64,000 nt of DNA. Source: Tubulanus polymorphus. Its lineage: Eukaryota; Animalia; Nemertea. The notes under the pieces were generated by a model. That model did not search any database. It was not told where the DNA came from and was given only the letters and a program-made list of their open reading frames with translations. Position 1 is the stretch's first letter; each line of letters begins with the position of its first letter. The translations under genes and the position numbers were made by a program. The DNA lies in assembly GCF_964204645.1 (NCBI RefSeq), contig NC_134030.1, positions 7,731,122 to 7,795,121 on the forward strand, read 5' to 3'. Below are positions 62,484 to 64,000 of the stretch, piece after piece.

Positions 62484-64000
62484 TCAAATAAATTTGTTTC
62501 CCTTACCAATCTCATCCATAAAAAAACATTTACATATTAACGCCATTAAAATACTTTGGAAAAAAGAGATACTATCATTTGAAAACAAGAAACGAAATTC
62601 TTAATATGGACTTACCTAGATTTACATGATGATACCGTTTAATCCAGTATCAAAATTAAAGAAAGAAATTTGGGTTTTTCAAATTTTGAGTGGTAAGCGC
62701 AATGAAGTTGTTGGTAGAATTTATATTATATTTACTTATGCAGCGAGAGAAACAAAAACAAAGAAACTCCATCGACAATCTCCTTGCGCCCTGTTGAGGC
62801 CCAATTAAGCATTCAAAACGCTAAGAAAGCCTGGGCAGACAAATTAGAAAAGTCTGCATGCAAACCCAGATGAAATTTGGTCAACCTTCCGAACATGACC
62901 AAACAACAGTCTAAGACGAAAGACCGCAGTCATCAAAAATCTTAATAAACAACCAGGGCCCATAAACACAGGGTTGACCGTACGTATAATAATAGAACGG
63001 GCCTTAGTTTGTGTTACGAGCGTGAATAGACGTAATTGAACGTATAGTGAATTCCCTGAGATACCCACCCACGATCATTCGACTGTGACCATGTGAAATC
63101 TGACACACAATCGCGTCAATGTATTACGACATAGGCTACTGAATGAAACATATGTGATTCATACCTTCCACAGCCAAATCTCCAATAATTTACCACCTAA
63201 ATTGCAGACCAACCTTGCAGAATGAATATATCTTTCAGGGTCGGTTTGGGTTTTTTAATGAGAAATATTGTAAACTAGGCATACTTTCAATATTATGGAA
63301 ACTAATGTTCAAAACATGTTTTTTTTAATCAGGTGTATTTGCCTTTATCCATCGCTTCCTCGACGGATTTCTTCCCATTGATATTCTGATAAAATGGCCA
63401 CCCTGTCCTTGATGTAGACTTCAGGTGCTCATTTTTATGGGACTGTTTGAGTTTGATGACTCCTGACGTGAACAATCTACGCTCAGTGTCATTTGAACTT
63501 CTAGACATTCCCTGAGATGTTACTCTCCCATTCGACCATACCCTAAAGGATAGCAATTGAAATTCGGATATATTTGCCTACATCTGTGATCCTCGTGGTG
63601 TGAGCTTGTGAAAATATCCGATCGTGAAACTAAACCACAGTCAGGTTAGGCTACTGACTAAGGTAGGCCTACCTTTCCTGCTTGCCTTATTTTTTCCATT
63701 ACCGGTGACGTACAATTAACAGGCCCTGAAAGGATAACCTAATTCTTTTCTAACATTTATTACCCGATGATTGCATCACTGCTATCTTTCAGTGGGCCAA
63801 CGAATTGTTGTTTGTGAAATCTGGATTTGAACATAATTTGTATTTTGAAAATTTGAACTATTAACTTTGACGTGGAGAAAGTTTTAAAAAAATAGAACAA
63901 TCTACTGTTCGGATGATTATCATTTGATTATCTAGCTCTACCGTTAAAAATGGATCCAATATGATTTATAGTCTTAGGATACCGGTACAAGACACGAACA

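Overview
Eukaryotic invertebrate genomic DNA, probably lophotrochozoan (inferred from protein types; no database was available). It contains two convergent spliced genes. (1) A ZEB/zfh1 zinc-finger homeobox repressor on + with coding exons 38460-38591, 45208-47699, 47786-47975 and 48081-48442. It also has a candidate alternative first coding exon at 41323-41452 and a probable ~4 kb 3' UTR; its true 5' end is unresolved. (2) A complete 17-exon beta-mannosidase (MANBA, GH2) on - at 62093..53814 (~916 aa) with one GC-AG intron. MANBA intron 14 hosts an intronless 123-aa nested ORF with its own CCAAT/TATA/Inr-like promoter and an MGxxxS myristoylation motif. The first ~38 kb has no recognisable coding exons: CpG-rich, motif-dense blocks (probably ZEB enhancers) alternate with MITEs and microsatellites. 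Highlights are a repeated ZEB-site + CCAAT module at 2.4-2.8 kb suggesting autoregulation, locus-wide excess of ZEB-type E-boxes, a ZEB 3' UTR carrying five miR-1 and three clustered miR-92 seed matches, and the nested gene. All coordinates and counts were read by hand.
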